A stretch of DNA of 64,000 bases from Myxococcota bacterium (GTDB taxonomy: Bacteria; Myxococcota_A; Polyangia; Nannocystales; Nannocystaceae). Each line of letters starts with the position of its first letter. Positions within the stretch are counted from its first letter, which is position 1. The stretch covers positions 1-64,000 of the forward strand of contig JBCCHT010000004.1 in assembly GCA_039028615.1 (NCBI GenBank). Direction: 5' to 3'. The notes under the pieces were generated by a model. The model ran no database searches and was not told the DNA's origin. It saw only the letters and a program-made list of their open reading frames with translations. Positions 8,887 through 18,224 of the stretch are shown here, in pieces. The position numbers and the translations under genes were made by a program.

Positions 8887-10107
8887 TTACGGCACGCTCG
8901 GGGCTGCCGACTCGGTATCGGCCCCTACGGTCGCCCGAAACACGGTCGCCCCCGCCTCGGTGCGGAGCGTGAAGCGATCCGAGCTGCCCGGAACGAACAC
9001 GCTCTGGCCCGACGGCAGAGGCAAGGTTCGTTCCCCCGAAGCGATGCTCGCCTCGCCGCGAGTGCACAGCACGATCTCGGGTCCGGTCACGGACAGCTCG
9101 GCTCGGGCCGCGGCAGGAAGCTCGAGCGTCGACAACGAGAACGCGGGCGTCGGCGCATCGTAGACCCGCTCGAAGTCGGAGACGGCCCGCGGCGAGAGCA
9201 CGGGCACCGACTGTGACCGAAGCTGCAGCACCCGCAGCAGCTCGGGCACGTCGACGTGCTTTTGCGTCAGCCCGCCCCGCAACACGTTGTCCGAGCTGCC
9301 CATGATCTCGATGGCCGTGCCTTCGAGATAGCTGTGCGGAATCCCGGGGCCGAGGAACAGGGCCTCGCCCGGCGACAGGTTCACGACCTTCAGCAGCAGA
9401 GCGACCAGCACGCCCGGATCCCCGGGGTAGCGCTCGGCGAGTCGACCCGACCACATGCACGGCGTGACGTGGGGTTCGGCGACGAGCGCTCGACCGGCTT
9501 CGACCACCGCATCGACCAACGGCCGCGGTTGCGGCAGGGTCATCAAGCGGCGCACGGTCTTCGTGAGGCCGGCCTCCTCCGACTCCGTCCACAATGCGTC
9601 GGTGGTCTCGCGGAACGCGGGCACTCCCAGCGCGTCGATCAACGCTCGGGTCTGCGCCAGAGGCCTGAAGCCGCACAGCGCCGCGAAGGGCTCGAGCGCA
9701 CAGACCAGCTCGGGCTTGGCGTAGGGATCTCGGTAGTTTCGATTCGGAGCACCGCGGTCGATCCCCCGCGCCTGCTCGTCGTCGAACCCCCGCCGGGCTT
9801 GCTGCGGATCGGGGTGCGCCTGCAGAGACAGGGGCTCGGCAGCGGCCAGGACCTTCAACAAGAACGGAAGCCGGGGGCCGAAGCGGCCGTGCACCTGCCC
9901 CCCGAGCATTGCCTCCGGCTCGGCCTTCACCGCCTCGAGCAGGGTCGGGTGGGCAGCGTCCTGCAGGCGCGACGGCGCCCGAGCGTGAGCGCCCATCCAC
10001 AGCTCGGCCTCTGGCTCCGCGGTGGGACGAGGCCGCCCCTGCAACGCCGCGATCGCCGAGCGAGACCCCCACGCGTAGGGCTGGACGGAGTTATCGAGAC
10101 GCCACAC
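8887..10107 (-). CDS. manA: Mannose-6-phosphate isomerase, class I
   Basis: QPYAWGS, AELWMGAH, LPFLLKVLAAAEPLSLQAHP, NYRDPYAKPE, HSYLEG..IEIMGSSDNVLRGGLT. Confidence 0.95.
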   Translation of the reverse strand: MWRLDNSVQPYAWGSRSAIAALQGRPRPTAEPEAELWMGAHARAPSRLQDAAHPTLLEAVKAEPEAMLGGQVHGRFGPRLPFLLKVLAAAEPLSLQAHPDPQQARRGFDDEQARGIDRGAPNRNYRDPYAKPELVCALEPFAALCGFRPLAQTRALIDALGVPAFRETTDALWTESEEAGLTKTVRRLMTLPQPRPLVDAVVEAGRALVAEPHVTPCMWSGRLAERYPGDPGVLVALLLKVVNLSPGEALFLGPGIPHSYLEGTAIEIMGSSDNVLRGGLTQKHVDVPELLRVLQLRSQSVPVLSPRAVSDFERVYDAPTPAFSLSTLELPAAARAELSVTGPEIVLCTRGEASIASGERTLPLPSGQSVFVPGSSDRFTLRTEAGATVFRATVGADTESAAPSVP

Positions 10108-10399
10108 CACCTGCGAGTGTGCCGGTCCGAGCCCCCGGTGGCGATGCCTACCGTAGCTACGAGACCTCGGAATCCCACCGAACGTGCGAGCCCACACGAG
10201 ATTCCCTTTTTTGCTCCTGGGGCTCGGGAACCATGCATGATCGCGATGCGTATTAACGAACCGCCGAAGCACCGAGAGCTGCGACCCTGTCCGCCGCGGT
10301 CCGTCCCTCAATCGCACTTTCCCTGTAAGTGCCCCGCCTCGTGTGGCGTTTCGGCCTCGCTCCCCACGGCCCTCCTGGCCTCACTTCCGCTTCTGCCCC

Positions 10400-13030
10400 G
10401 TGTCGCGCTTCCTGCTCGTCCCCACTTGGCTCGCCTTGGCCGCGCCTCCGTCCTCCGATCTCGCCCCGGGCGAGGTCGATGCGGTCGAGCTGCCGTGGTC
10501 CCGTTACCAAGCCATGCGCGAGAACCTGGCCGGGCCGCAGGGGGAGACCCCGGGTCCGTGGATGGCCGATCGCGACGTCGAGCTACGACCGGTCCACGGC
10601 GGCTGGGAGCTCCGCGCCCGCTGGGAGGTGCGAGCCGAACAACCCGGATGGGTGTGGGAGCCCCTGGCCAGCTCCACCATCGAGGTGCGCTCGGTGAGCT
10701 TCCGGGGCGAGCCCGCGACCATCTTGCCGTGGGACGACGGCGTGCACCTCACGGCGTTCCTCGACCGTCCCGGTACGCTCGAGCTGCGCGGCTTCGTCCC
10801 CGGGAGCCCGGATGATCCGCTCGAGCTGGGGTTGATGCCCGCAGCCACCGGGCGCCTGCGCGTGCTCGCGACCGACCGGGTCCCCGTTCCGCTGTCCACC
10901 GAAGCCGGCCTCGAGGCGCCGCCGCTGCGCATCGACGACACGCTGTGGTCGGGCGCCACCCGGCTTCGCTTTCGACTCGAAGATCCCGACCAAGCACCGC
11001 CGAGCCGGGAGACGCTGGCCGTGGCCTACGCGGGCGTGGGCCTGACCATCGACGACGCCGAGATCCGCGGACGCGCCCACCTCCAGTGGGAGCTGCGACG
11101 CGGCTCGCTCGACCGCGTACGCACCACGATCGCGGGCCTGGGCGAAGACTTGAGCCTCCGTGGCCGCAACGTCGCCTCGTGGTCACGCCAGGGCGACGTG
11201 CTCGAAGTCGAGCTATCGGCCCCCGCCACCGGTCGAGTCGATCTCGATCTCGAGTGGAGCCAGGCCGTGCCGGCCGGCGACGAGGCCACCCTCGAGCTGC
11301 CCCGCATCGAGCCCGAGGCGTGGCGCAGCGAAGCCAGCCTTCAGCTCGCCCGCGATGGAGAGCTGGAGATCGTGCCGCACGCCGACGACTGGACGGCCAC
11401 CGCCGCTGGCGAGCTTCCATCGTGGGGCCAGGGCCTGGTCGCCGGGACCCCCACCGCCGCCTATCACCGCACGGGAGGCCATGGCTCCGGCTCTTTGGAC
11501 CTGCTGCGCTTCGTGCCCGTGCCCGGGCCGCCCACCGTCGTCGACGTCGCGACCTACACCGTCGCCACCACCGAGGAGGGTCGGGTGCTGATGCGGGCCC
11601 GCTACGAGCTGCGCAACGATCGGGGCGCCCACCTCGAGGTCACGCCGCCTCCTGGCCTGAAGATCATCGGGGCTCGCGTGGGGGGTGAGACCGCCCTGCC
11701 CACCCTCGGTGAAGACGGAGCCTGGCGACTGCCGCTCAAGCGCTCGCTCGAGACGGTCGAAGGCCTGCTGTCGTTCCCCGTCGAGGTGACCCTGCTGGGC
11801 GAGCAAGACCCCTGGGCCCGCCGCGAGCGGAGGGAGCTGGCCCTGCCCACCCTCGATGCCCCCGTGGCCGCCTCGCGGGTCACCATGCACCTTCCTCCGG
11901 GGTACCGCTCGAAGCTCGACACGGGCCAGCACGACACCGTCGAGTACTTCAACGACGAGCAGGGCCTCACGTACGGGCACGGGGTCAGCGACGCGCTGTT
12001 CGACGAAGCGGTCCGGGGCTACATGTCCAACGACTTCGAAGCGGCGCAGGAGAAGCTCGAAGAGCTCGAGCGCATGGGGATCCGCAACGACAACACGGCG
12101 CGACTCCAATCCAACCTCGACGTTTTCGAGGGCAAAGGGAAAGCCGACGACAAGGCCGATCTCACGCTGCAGCGCCGGGTCAAAGAGCAAGCCCGCGCCC
12201 GCGCCTCGGAGCAGTTTCGCGAGCAGGAAAAGCTCATCGTCGAGGCCGAGGAGTCGGCCAAGGCGGGCGACTACTCGGCGGCCGAGGCCCAGTACCAGCA
12301 GGCGATCGAGCTGGGCGGGACCCTGGCCAAGCTCGAGCAGCGCGAGTCGGTCGAGCAGGTCGCCGTCAACAGCAGCCTGAAATTCGAACTCGAGTCGGTG
12401 GCCGACAAGCGCGGCAAGAAGGCCAAGCGAGCCCGGCGCTCGCGAAAAGCCAAGAGCAAGAACACGCTGGACACCAAGATGCCCGCGTCGGCGCCCGCGA
12501 AAGAGCAACCCCTGCTGGAGCTCGAGCGCGCCAGTCGGCCCGTCGTCGCGGAGTCGGGCGCCGAAGAGGCGGAAGAGCCCCCGGCGGTGACCGAGCCCGA
12601 GCCCGAAATGCCCCTGCCGAGGGACGCCGACGCCTCGCTCGATCTGGTGGTCGTCGAGGGTCGTCCCGGCCGCTGGAAGTCGCGACGACGCCGACGCGCT
12701 CGAAAGCCCGATGGCGATCGGTTCCGACTCCTGCAAGGCCGATCAGCCGCTAGCGTGGACTCGGGTGTCACCGTCTACGACTTCGAAGACGACAACGTCG
12801 ACGGCGAAATCCTGTCCCCCCAAGGGGCCACCATCAGCGCGCGAGCGCGCTCGACCAGCCCCGCCGGCCCTCCCATCGAGACCCTCCCCGCTCCCAAGGT
12901 CACTGCCTCGGCCCTGTCCGTCGTCATTCCCGACGTCGGCAATGCAGTGCTCTACGAACGCGTCCTCATCGAGGCAAACCAGACTCACACTGTTACCATC
13001 GACGCGCGCCGCCGGCTCGTTCGCCGCTAG
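10400..13030 (+). CDS. Large secreted hypothetical protein with TPR/coiled-coil insert; paralogue of downstream gene
   Basis: Long ORF with typical codon usage and signal-like N-terminus. Segments align by eye with 13064..14896. TPR-like AGDYSAAEAQYQQAIEL. Confidence 0.75.
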   Translation: MSRFLLVPTWLALAAPPSSDLAPGEVDAVELPWSRYQAMRENLAGPQGETPGPWMADRDVELRPVHGGWELRARWEVRAEQPGWVWEPLASSTIEVRSVSFRGEPATILPWDDGVHLTAFLDRPGTLELRGFVPGSPDDPLELGLMPAATGRLRVLATDRVPVPLSTEAGLEAPPLRIDDTLWSGATRLRFRLEDPDQAPPSRETLAVAYAGVGLTIDDAEIRGRAHLQWELRRGSLDRVRTTIAGLGEDLSLRGRNVASWSRQGDVLEVELSAPATGRVDLDLEWSQAVPAGDEATLELPRIEPEAWRSEASLQLARDGELEIVPHADDWTATAAGELPSWGQGLVAGTPTAAYHRTGGHGSGSLDLLRFVPVPGPPTVVDVATYTVATTEEGRVLMRARYELRNDRGAHLEVTPPPGLKIIGARVGGETALPTLGEDGAWRLPLKRSLETVEGLLSFPVEVTLLGEQDPWARRERRELALPTLDAPVAASRVTMHLPPGYRSKLDTGQHDTVEYFNDEQGLTYGHGVSDALFDEAVRGYMSNDFEAAQEKLEELERMGIRNDNTARLQSNLDVFEGKGKADDKADLTLQRRVKEQARARASEQFREQEKLIVEAEESAKAGDYSAAEAQYQQAIELGGTLAKLEQRESVEQVAVNSSLKFELESVADKRGKKAKRARRSRKAKSKNTLDTKMPASAPAKEQPLLELERASRPVVAESGAEEAEEPPAVTEPEPEMPLPRDADASLDLVVVEGRPGRWKSRRRRRARKPDGDRFRLLQGRSAASVDSGVTVYDFEDDNVDGEILSPQGATISARARSTSPAGPPIETLPAPKVTASALSVVIPDVGNAVLYERVLIEANQTHTVTIDARRRLVRR

Positions 13031-13063
13031 TCGCTCGCCTCGTCCCCCCGGAGAACCACGACC

Positions 13064-14896
13064 ATGCGGACCCTATCGCTCACCCTCCTCGCCGCAATTC
13101 TCGCCCTGCCTGCGACCACCGCTCACGCCGAAGAGCCCGAGCGCGTGGTCATGAAGCTCGACGAGTTCCTCAAGCTCTACGAGTCGACCAAGGTCAAGGA
13201 AGTCGAGGCGCCTCGCGATCACGCCCTGGCCTCGGCTCGCTATACCGGCCGAGTTCACATCGAAGACGGAGTCCCCCACGCGGCGACCTTCAAGGCCAAG
13301 ATGCACGTCGAGGTCCTGCGCAAGAAAGGCTGGGTCCGCATCCCCGTGCTCCCGGCCACGGTGGCGCTGCAAAAGGCGACGGTCGACGGCAAGGAAGCCG
13401 CGGTCGTCATCGAGGACGACTACTACACGCTGGTGACCGACGAGACGGGTGCCCTCGACCTCGAGCTGGAGTTCGCGGCCGCGGTCACCACCGCCCAGGG
13501 GCGCAGCTCGCTGTCCTTCGACCTGGCGCCCTCGGGCGCGACCGAGCTCGAGCTGTCCGTGCCCGCCGACCAGGACCTCGAGTTCACCGTGGCCAACGCC
13601 CGGCTCGAGTCCGACAAGGTGGTGGGCAGCGACCGCGTGGTGCAGGCCACCCTGCCCGCCACCGGAGCCCTGTCGGTGAGCTGGCAGGTCGAGATTCCCG
13701 AGGCCGCCAAGCAGCTCGACTCCCGCATCTACGCCGAGGTGTACACCCTGGTGGGCATCGGCGATGGCCTGATGCGCAGCACCACCACCATCCAAGACAC
13801 CATCCTGTTCGCGGGCGTCAACAAGCTGCGCTTCTCGCTGCCCAAGGACATGACCCTGCTCGACGTCACCGGCTCGGGCATCCGCGACTGGAACCTCGAC
13901 AAGGGCACCCTCGAGGTCGTGCTCAACTACGCGGCCGAGGGCTCGTACTCGCTCCAGCTCCAGATGGAGAAGGTGGTGGGCGAGCAGAGCGTCGATCTCG
14001 AAGCGCCGGTCGTGGTCCCGCTGGGGGTCGAGCGAGCCAAGGGCTGGGTCGGGGTCGAGGCCCGCGGCAACCTGGAGGTCGGCGCGGGCAAGGTCGCGGG
14101 GGCGACCTCGGTCGACGTGCGCTCGCTGCCCGCCGCCATCTTGGGCATCACCGCGCAGCCGGTCCTGCTCGGCTACAAGTACCTGGGCGCCGAGCCCACC
14201 ATCCCCATCACGGTGGCGCAGCACGACGACGTCGACGTGCTCGTCACCCTGCTCGACGAGACCCGGGCGCGCACCATGTGGACCCGCCAGGGCCGGCGCC
14301 TGACCTCGGTGACCTACCGGATTCGCAACAACCGGCGGCAGTTCCTGCGCCTGGCCCTGCCCGAGGGCGCCGAGCTGTGGAGCGCGTCGGTGGGTGGCCG
14401 CGCGGTGCAGCCCGCCAAGGCCTCCGACGGCCGAGTCATGGTCCCGCTGCTGCGCTCGAAGGCCACCGGTGGTTCGCTGGCGGCGTTCGAGGTCGAGGTG
14501 GTCTACGTCGAGAGCACCGACCCCACGCCCAACAACGGGCGCGGACACTTCGAGGCCGAGCTGCCCCAGGCGGACGCGCCCAGCACCTACGTGGCCTGGA
14601 CGGTGCACTCGCCCGAGCGTGCCAAGATCAAGAAGCGAAGCTTCGACGGCACGCTACGCGAGGTCTGGACGCTCAGCGATCCCATTCCCCACGAGGACGA
14701 GTACTACGTCGAGGTCGACACGCCCGCCTACTCCGAGCAGGCCGCCCAGCAAGCCGACAACGGCGGCCTCGGCACGGGCGCGGTGCCGGTCCCGGTCAGC
14801 CTGCCCATCCAGGGTGACCCGGTGTACTTCGAGAAGCTGCTCGCGCTCGACGAGCCGCTGCGCGTCGAGTTCGACTACCGCGGCCTCCGTAAGTAA
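13064..14896 (+). CDS. Secreted hypothetical protein (610 aa)
   Basis: GGAG RBS upstream; Sec signal ending AHA-EE; strong GC3 bias. Confidence 0.85.
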   Translation: MRTLSLTLLAAILALPATTAHAEEPERVVMKLDEFLKLYESTKVKEVEAPRDHALASARYTGRVHIEDGVPHAATFKAKMHVEVLRKKGWVRIPVLPATVALQKATVDGKEAAVVIEDDYYTLVTDETGALDLELEFAAAVTTAQGRSSLSFDLAPSGATELELSVPADQDLEFTVANARLESDKVVGSDRVVQATLPATGALSVSWQVEIPEAAKQLDSRIYAEVYTLVGIGDGLMRSTTTIQDTILFAGVNKLRFSLPKDMTLLDVTGSGIRDWNLDKGTLEVVLNYAAEGSYSLQLQMEKVVGEQSVDLEAPVVVPLGVERAKGWVGVEARGNLEVGAGKVAGATSVDVRSLPAAILGITAQPVLLGYKYLGAEPTIPITVAQHDDVDVLVTLLDETRARTMWTRQGRRLTSVTYRIRNNRRQFLRLALPEGAELWSASVGGRAVQPAKASDGRVMVPLLRSKATGGSLAAFEVEVVYVESTDPTPNNGRGHFEAELPQADAPSTYVAWTVHSPERAKIKKRSFDGTLREVWTLSDPIPHEDEYYVEVDTPAYSEQAAQQADNGGLGTGAVPVPVSLPIQGDPVYFEKLLALDEPLRVEFDYRGLRK

Positions 14897-14908
14897 GTCG
14901 CCCCCGAG

Positions 14909-15229
14909 CTACGAGGCGGTCAGGGCCCGAGCCACGGCCATGGCCGCCTCGCGCTGTTCGGGGCGCTCGGTCGCCAGCTTGGGCATGGCCACCACCCTCC
15001 CCAGCGCGGGCGCGACCGTCAGCTGGTGAACCCCGGCCACCTCCACGATGAGCAGCGCCGGGCTGTCGACCTTGGCGACGCCACGCCCCCGCAACCACTC
15101 CATCGCCGCCTCCGAGAGGGGCGGTGAGGTGCTCAACTCATAGACGTCACGTCGCGCGCAGCTGTGGCTGACCCGGACCTGAACCGGGCCGACCTCGAAC
15201 TCGTCGACGAGCTGGCCATGCCCGGCCAT
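14909..15229 (-). CDS. Hypothetical protein (106 aa), last gene of V4R operon
   Basis: ATG 7 nt after the upstream stop; ordinary amino-acid composition. Confidence 0.65.
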   Translation of the reverse strand: MAGHGQLVDEFEVGPVQVRVSHSCARRDVYELSTSPPLSEAAMEWLRGRGVAKVDSPALLIVEVAGVHQLTVAPALGRVVAMPKLATERPEQREAAMAVARALTAS

Positions 15230-15236
15230 GCACGCG

Positions 15237-15881
15237 TCACTCCACCCGCTTCGCGACGAACTCGCAGTGCGGGGCCCCGGTGGCGAGACAGCTGAGTTCC
15301 TCGGCCTCGAAGCGCTTCCCCGCGCGGAATAGCTGGAGGTAGTACTCCTCGGTGAGATCGGGGCCCGTGGTGATGTCGCCGACGTAGAGCAGGTTCATCA
15401 GGCCCGCCACCCCACCGCACGCCAGGTAGCAACGGGGGCTGTCGCTGGTCGGATAGTCGCGCAGCCACCCGCATGCCTCGTAGGAGTCTTCGACGCGGAC
15501 CTTCAGGGACTCGCCGGCCACGAGCTCTTGGACCTCCCAGCGCCCCCAGCCGAACGCGTTGATGACCGCGACCATGCCGATGATCCAATCTTCCCGCGTC
15601 TCGATCATGGGGCGCACCACCGCGTCCCACTCCGCCGACTTCATGATGCCGCCGAAGGTATTGAACGCGCACACGTGCCCCGCCTCGACGAGCAGCGCGC
15701 GGACGTCGTCTTCGAGCCCGCTGCCCTCCATGCGCCGCGCCGCGGCGAACGAGATCCGGTTGTAGTAGTCCGACATGTGCCGGGTCAGGTAGAGGCCGAA
15801 CGCGGAGATCATGCCCTCCTCGTCGCCGGCGATGCCCAACCCGGAGACCGCACTGACGACGGCGTCTCGATCGATGGCCAT
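15237..15881 (-). CDS. V4R-domain protein B (214 aa)
   Basis: Start MAIDRD at 15881 overlaps the upstream TGA (TGATG). Motifs AFGWGRW, CYLACGGVAG, EELSCLATGAPHCEF. Confidence 0.85.
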   Translation of the reverse strand: MAIDRDAVVSAVSGLGIAGDEEGMISAFGLYLTRHMSDYYNRISFAAARRMEGSGLEDDVRALLVEAGHVCAFNTFGGIMKSAEWDAVVRPMIETREDWIIGMVAVINAFGWGRWEVQELVAGESLKVRVEDSYEACGWLRDYPTSDSPRCYLACGGVAGLMNLLYVGDITTGPDLTEEYYLQLFRAGKRFEAEELSCLATGAPHCEFVAKRVE

Positions 15882-16393
15882 CAGCGCACCTCCACCTTCA
15901 GCACACAGGGACCGTCGTCCACCGCATGGCACTGGATTTCCTCGCACTGCACGCGCTCGGGGGTGAGCGAGGCCGCAGCCACCACCGCGCCCCGCCAGAA
16001 CCCGGCCGCGAAGTGGCATACCGGAGCCTTTGCGGGGCCGAACTTGGCCCGCCACCCGATCGCGTAGTGCGAAGTCGGCAATGTGATCGTGCCACCGTTC
16101 GGTCCGAGCTCGGAGCAATCGGCTCGCCCGAAACCATTGGAGGAGAACACGTACGCCGCTCGTGCAACCCGCTCCTCGAAGCTCTGACCCTGCTTGGCCG
16201 CCTCGAAGACCCCTTCGAGCAGGCGTCGTGTCGACTCGGCCGCGGCGTCGATCTGGAGCGCGACGGCCCCCTCGCCCAGCATCTCCTCGATGCTTCGCTG
16301 GAGCACGGTGTTGTAGTGGTGGCAGTGAAACACGAGCCGCTGGTTGCCCAGCGTCATGATGTTCCGTTGCGGATCGAAGGTAGGGTCGCTCAT
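15881..16393 (-). CDS. V4R-domain protein A (170 aa)
   Basis: FHCHHYN, NGFGR, PVCHFAAGFWRGA, CEEIQCHA...PCVL; GGAG RBS. Confidence 0.85.
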   Translation of the reverse strand: MSDPTFDPQRNIMTLGNQRLVFHCHHYNTVLQRSIEEMLGEGAVALQIDAAAESTRRLLEGVFEAAKQGQSFEERVARAAYVFSSNGFGRADCSELGPNGGTITLPTSHYAIGWRAKFGPAKAPVCHFAAGFWRGAVVAAASLTPERVQCEEIQCHAVDDGPCVLKVEVR

Positions 16394-16404
16394 GACGATG
16401 CTCC

Positions 16405-16608
16405 CTACTTGCGTTGCTCGCTGAGCAGTTCCTCGGCCACTTTCTCGGCCAGCGCGACGATGTCCGGGTCATCGGGCATCAACGCGGCCATACGCGAAAG
16501 CGGCTTTCCCACGCGGAGGTTGAGCCGGGCCAAGCTGACCGCGGGCAACCCCGAACACTCCGTCTGTACCCTCGTCACGATATCCTGCAACCGTTGTCCC
16601 ATCGACAA
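16405..16608 (-). CDS. Small helical hypothetical protein (65-67 aa), first gene of V4R operon
   Basis: MGQRLQDIVTRVQ...LARLNLRVG...PDDPDIVALAEKVAEELL; ends 11 nt before the V4R-A start. Confidence 0.7.
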   Translation of the reverse strand: MSMGQRLQDIVTRVQTECSGLPAVSLARLNLRVGKPLSRMAALMPDDPDIVALAEKVAEELLSEQRK

Positions 16609-16823
16609 TCCGCCAGTCCCGACTACACCGAGACGTCCTGGATCGATGGTTGGCCGCGGGTCAACAAGCTGTCAAGAAAGCAATCGGGCCACCGCTCTCG
16701 GCACGAGAACCTCTATGGCATCGATACCCGAGTGTTCCGTCGACCTACCCGTTGTCCCGCGACATCGTTCGACCGATGTCGATGATCGCAGAGGAACGAA
16801 GTTGGTGAATGCGAGAACGTTGC

Positions 16824-17132
16824 TCAAGGAACGGGCACGGTCTTGATCCCACCCGGCACCTCGACGTCGGTGGGGAGCCACACCCCACCTTCAGCGTTGA
16901 GCGGCTTGGCGGCAGCCGGGCGCGAATCGACTTCCACGCTCAAGTTGACGGCCGGCCGCGGACCAAACAATGTTCGTAGATCGTCCGCGGGACGTCGTCC
17001 ATCCTCATCTTCGGTGGGGACGAACACTTCGATGCGTTGCTCGAAGCTTGCCGGTCGACAACCACTCGAGGCGGCCATCAACACACATGCACTCAGCAGC
17101 CCGATGCGGGCCACACTCGCGATCGGACGCAT
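16824..17132 (-). CDS. Small hypothetical lipoprotein
   Basis: MRPIASVARIGLLSACVLMAASSGC signal; starts 2 nt after the upstream stop. Confidence 0.5.
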   Translation of the reverse strand: MRPIASVARIGLLSACVLMAASSGCRPASFEQRIEVFVPTEDEDGRRPADDLRTLFGPRPAVNLSVEVDSRPAAAKPLNAEGGVWLPTDVEVPGGIKTVPVP

Positions 17133-17134
17133 CA

Positions 17135-18061
17135 CTAGAACCGTCCTTCGAGGGTAAGGCCCATTCGACCCTGGCCCAAGGTCGGCCGCATCCCGATCAC
17201 CCGTGCGCGCGCGTAGGCCTTGGCGTCCTTGTTGTAGGTGAGTGACCACGTCAGCAGACCCAGTCCCACCGCGGTCGAAGCCGAGGCCAGATCGAGCAAG
17301 CTCCGGGACAAGCCATACCGACAGTCGAAGTTCGAGAACGAGAAGTTGTCTTCGATGTGATAGGGACCGCTGCCATTGATGCCGCACCGCCACCACAGGC
17401 CCTCGTTCACCAAGCCGAGCACGGCTCCGACCCCGGTGAGCGTGGCCCCGGCGATCAGTGCCTTGCGGGTGTCTCGAGGGCCGCGTCGCGTGGCCACGTC
17501 GTCGTAGGCATCGGCGTGGCCTCGCACCACCCCACCGCCCGCGGCCAGGCCCATGCCCGCCGCCATCCAGACGCGCTCGAGGACCCCGACGGCACAGTTG
17601 CCGCAGATCAAACCGTCACCGATCTGGTAGGCGAAGGTCCACGCGAACAAGGCTCCCGCCGCGACGAACTGACCGGTGCCCCGCCAGCGAGGCGGCTGCA
17701 CCTTCACCCACTCGCCCCGAGCCTCCGACGCGGGGACGAGGTCCATTTGGTCGAGCTCCGACACCACGGGAGGCGTCACGGTCGGGGCAACCTCGGCGAC
17801 CGGCTCGGGCTGCGGCGGTGCTTCGGCGCCCGGGGCCTCCTGCTCCACGGGTGGGGGCACGGGCTCGGCGGGCTCGGCGGGCTCGGGCGCGGCCTCAGGC
17901 TCCGTGACGGCCCCCGTGGGCTCCTCTGGTAACTCGGGAGGCCCCGCCGGCTCCACCGTCGGAGACTGAACGGGCACCGTCGCGTCGTTCGCGGGCGCAG
18001 CCCATACGGGCGACGCGGTCCATAGCGCGAACGAGATCAAGCCAGAAGCAAAGGGCAGCAT
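17135..18061 (-). CDS. Secreted/membrane hypothetical protein with Pro/Glu-rich stalk
   Basis: Signal peptide, PE-rich region, Gly-rich hydrophobic helices, C-terminal GLTLEGRF. Confidence 0.7.
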   Translation of the reverse strand: MLPFASGLISFALWTASPVWAAPANDATVPVQSPTVEPAGPPELPEEPTGAVTEPEAAPEPAEPAEPVPPPVEQEAPGAEAPPQPEPVAEVAPTVTPPVVSELDQMDLVPASEARGEWVKVQPPRWRGTGQFVAAGALFAWTFAYQIGDGLICGNCAVGVLERVWMAAGMGLAAGGGVVRGHADAYDDVATRRGPRDTRKALIAGATLTGVGAVLGLVNEGLWWRCGINGSGPYHIEDNFSFSNFDCRYGLSRSLLDLASASTAVGLGLLTWSLTYNKDAKAYARARVIGMRPTLGQGRMGLTLEGRF

Positions 18062-18160
18062 TACTGCGATAGTGCCGCGAGGCCGCGGAATGATCATCCG
18101 CCGCCTCAAATTCGTCCCAAAAAAGAGAACCCCGGCCCGGGTCGCCCCACGCGGTGCCCC

Positions 18161-18209
18161 AAACGACTCGGGCCGGAGTCTCGCGTGAGACCCCGGCCCG
18201 GCTTCGTTT
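18161..18209 (-). terminator. Probable intrinsic terminator hairpin
   Basis: aaacga..cgggccggagtctc-gcgt-gagaccccggcccg..tcgttt inverted repeat just past the stop of 18225..20330. Confidence 0.6.
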
Positions 18210-18224
18210 CACTGCCCGTTTCGG

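Noticed and set aside
15882..16472. N-terminal half of the 411-aa ORF 15237..16472
   Set aside because: Out-of-frame overlap with V4R-A; the real start is the coupled ATG at 15881
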